Shown here one piece after another: positions 61,200 to 64,000 of a stretch of DNA of 64,000 nucleotides; position 1 is the first letter of the stretch, and every line of letters starts with the position of its first letter. The position numbers and the translations under genes were made by a program. The notes below the pieces were generated by a model. That model searched no databases. It was not told where the DNA came from and was given only the letters and a program-made list of their open reading frames with translations. The stretch is from positions 21,846,210-21,910,209 of the forward strand of contig NC_134030.1 of NCBI RefSeq assembly GCF_964204645.1. The letters are read 5' to 3'. Source of the DNA: Tubulanus polymorphus (lineage: Eukaryota > Animalia > Nemertea).

Positions 61200-61800
61200 T
61201 ATTTATTTCACTCCAACCATAAGAATGGTACATGGAGGCAGATTGAATACAAAATATGAAATATAAAAATTTACAAAACATAAACAGAATTGTATACATA
61301 TATACATACAGACAAAACAAAATAGGAATTAACAAAATTTAAAATCTAATTTTCAGTAAAACTATTTACAGACACAGCAAGTACAGAGATTGAATTATGT
61401 ACAGCAAAATATACCACACGTATATACATATACATATACACAATTTACTGGAGGGATTTTTATAAAATTAAACCGAACTCGATAAATTTAGCTATTTGTG
61501 GGTTAGGATTCGTTAATATTTCAGAGTTTCTGGACATACTTAAATGGATGGAATTATCACGCGTATCATATAACATAAATGAAATGCAGCTCATCTCCTC
61601 TCTGACTACGTTACAGGCGGGGCACAGTCTTTCACTTCTGTATGAGCGTTCGATCGATTATCTACCGGTAACAAATAGGAACCAATTCTGAATTCGAATA
61701 AGCTATAACGCGCAAGACTATACTTTCAATTTTTCAGATATTTTCTTGAACATGTGAACTTAAAAATCGATCATGTATAAGTTTGTTAGACTTTTAAGTG
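61200..61800 (-). mobile_element. LINE 3'-end relic
   Basis: Minus-strand TGR...RSERLCPACN...GDELHF matches the C-terminal Cys/His motif of CR1/L2-group ORF2; tail-like end near 61200. Confidence 0.6.
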
Positions 61801-62318
61801 CATATCAGAATGGGTTCACTTAGAATGGTTTAGTCTGATAGAATAGTTTTACTTTTCTGATAAACCGTTTTTTTTCATTAAGGAAAAACTCACTTTTTCC
61901 TAGACTCACTACACACCAGAGTTTGGTTTACTCCAGACGGTTATATTTGAAATCCATTATGAGTTTGAATTACTGTCCTCATTAAAAACTTAAGTCCTCA
62001 CCTCATCAAGTTTTCTTCACCTTTTTTGTGAATCGGACCCTGACCTACTAGTCTCCTAGACTTGATGTATATCTGTCTGCGGTAAAACCAGAACACTTTT
62101 AATTTTTGAACACCATTAATTTTCTATTCTTTTTGCATACCGGTAGAGATATTTACATCTTAACAATTGAACACCTCGTCTATAGAATTTCAAAAAAATG
62201 CTTGTCGACAAGAGGTTCCCTGTGCAAGAGCGTCGTTGTAAGATGTGTTTATCTATTTTCTGTATGTGACGATGATCTGAAGTTTGTGTCTTTATATCCA
62301 GGTAATGAATGAATCAAG

Positions 62319-63524
62319 ATGAAGAATCTATGGAGGAATCCGCAGCGGTGTTTAGTGATCTGCGTGATTTTACTGTTTTATCTCATAGCGTACAACAACA
62401 GCCCAAAAGCGTTTAGACTTAAGAGAAATACCGGTAAGAAAACGTGAAAGAACATATCATAGAGTATATATGGAAAATGTATTACATAAGATAAAACTTA
62501 TCACCAGACTTTGGAAAGATCTGGGACAAAATGGTAGTTATTCAACCACTTGAACTGATAAAATTTAATGCTTCGAATTAAAAAACCTACAATCTCTTAA
62601 GTGTTTACATTTTACAATGGAAAAGCCTAGAGCTGACCTCAATGTCACAGTAATCATAGGAATTCCCCACACAATGTTCTGCAGTAAGTGTATACTGTCT
62701 ATAACGACTGAATTGTACCAAATATCTACATACATTGATTCTGTAGCCTCTGAATGTATTGATAAGTACCGTCAGACTGAAAAGGGTTTAAATCGGTACA
62801 ATTAGTTTGAATATTGACCGTGGCAGCATCTCACAGGCTGTGTCTTAAAATCATGGTTAATGCGTGTGAATATAAGTTTTGAAAAATACCAAACAGATAA
62901 TTGTTTATTTCTTGTTAAACCTCTTCAAACGGTGACAATTTTCGGAAGACAATTTCCTTAAACAAGGGGCTGTAGTTGCTCTGAAGTCGGTTTAAGGTGA
63001 ATGAAATTGAGATGTTAATTGGTCAATTTTGAACAATGGCTCTGACAATAGAAAGCTATATATTGCCAGCACCTGATGCAGTTGTACTGGACAGTGAGAA
63101 TGTATTACCGGGAACAAGAATATTACGTATATTGTGTATTTGATATTTCAGCACCTGATGGAGTTGTACTGGACAGTGTGAATGTATTACCGGGTACAAG
63201 AATATTACGTATATTGTGTATTTGATATTTCAGCACCTGATGGAGTTGTACTGGACAGTGTGCATGTATTACCGGGTACAAATATATTACTGTCGCAGGA
63301 AGGTAAAACTGTTAGTATTACCTGTAAACAGAGCAGCTCTACAGCGACTGATGTAGAATTCCAGCTACAAGTGAATAGTGGAGCAGGAGGGACCTGGACT
63401 GCATTACCTACAGCATCAGCACCAGTTTGGGATGTTGTACTTGAGGCTGGTAAAATGTATAAATGTGTAGCCATTAATTCAGCCAGATTTAAAGAAAGTC
63501 AAATCTACCAATCAGATGTAATCA
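62319..63524 (+). CDS. Receptor C2, first two exons (continues beyond the window)
   Basis: Leader exon 62319-62433 (MKNLWRNPQRCLVICVILLFYLIAYNNSPKAFRLKRNT, then GTAAG donor) and Ig1 exon 63234-63524 paralogous to 23953-24237; the downstream intron matches 24410-24730. Confidence 0.82.
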
Positions 63525-64000
63525 GTGAGTATGGCGGGAACCTGTATGGTTCATAAAAAATGCAACTGAACCTAATTCAATATTGTAGAATGCAAATGGG
63601 CTAAAAAAGAAGCTTACGACTTCAAAGGGACTCCCACAATCAGTTTAGAAAAAGACGAAAAGATCGTGAAGTAAATGAATTTATGTTAGATCTTCGTTTC
63701 GGCGTTAAATTCATTGTCATCTTCAGACAAATTCAAACGTTGACTCTACAAGAACTTATCGTCTTTTCTGAACTGATTGACAGATCTCTGGTACTGACTC
63801 GGATGACAATTACTAAACCAGTAGCCTTCATACATTTACTGTTCATTGTCGGTTGTCTGACAATACATGTATTTTTGTGCCAAATTTCAACGCTCTTATT
63901 CTCTGTGGAAACAAGTCAGCATATCCTTTCATTCAGCACTTATCAAATAATGCTGGGTAAATAGAATAAAAGTTTCCTTTGCACTTGGTATTTTTTGTAT

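Larger units (their letters stand above)
40140..64000 (+). repeat. Segmental tandem duplication, copy 2
   Basis: Partner of 1-24730. Confidence 0.95.

Overview
AT-rich, intron-dense eukaryotic (probably invertebrate animal) DNA; nothing bacterial is present. The window holds about 1.7 units of a ~37-39 kb tandem segmental duplication, with all genes on the + strand. Order: [3' part of a micro-exon-encoded protein, copy 0: 56-14553] - [single-Ig type I receptor with a tyrosine-repeat tail, B1: 17284-20643] - [4-Ig type I receptor with furin site, TM and Cys clusters, C1: 23474-28736] - [~60 consecutive phase-1/phase-1 micro-exons encoding ~1,100 aa ending in a PDZ-binding motif: 29762-52153] - [B2: 54780-58094] - [start of C2: 62319-64000]. 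I infer that the micro-exon chain is the giant cytoplasmic tail of receptor C; the linker at 28737-29761 is ambiguous. Introns carry copy-private minisatellites, MITEs, tRNA-derived SINEs and LINE relics. One intron contains a 16 x 69-bp array whose minus strand forms minimal (Penelope-type) hammerhead ribozymes. All exon calls were read by eye from GT/AG signals, open frames and paralog comparison, without transcript evidence.
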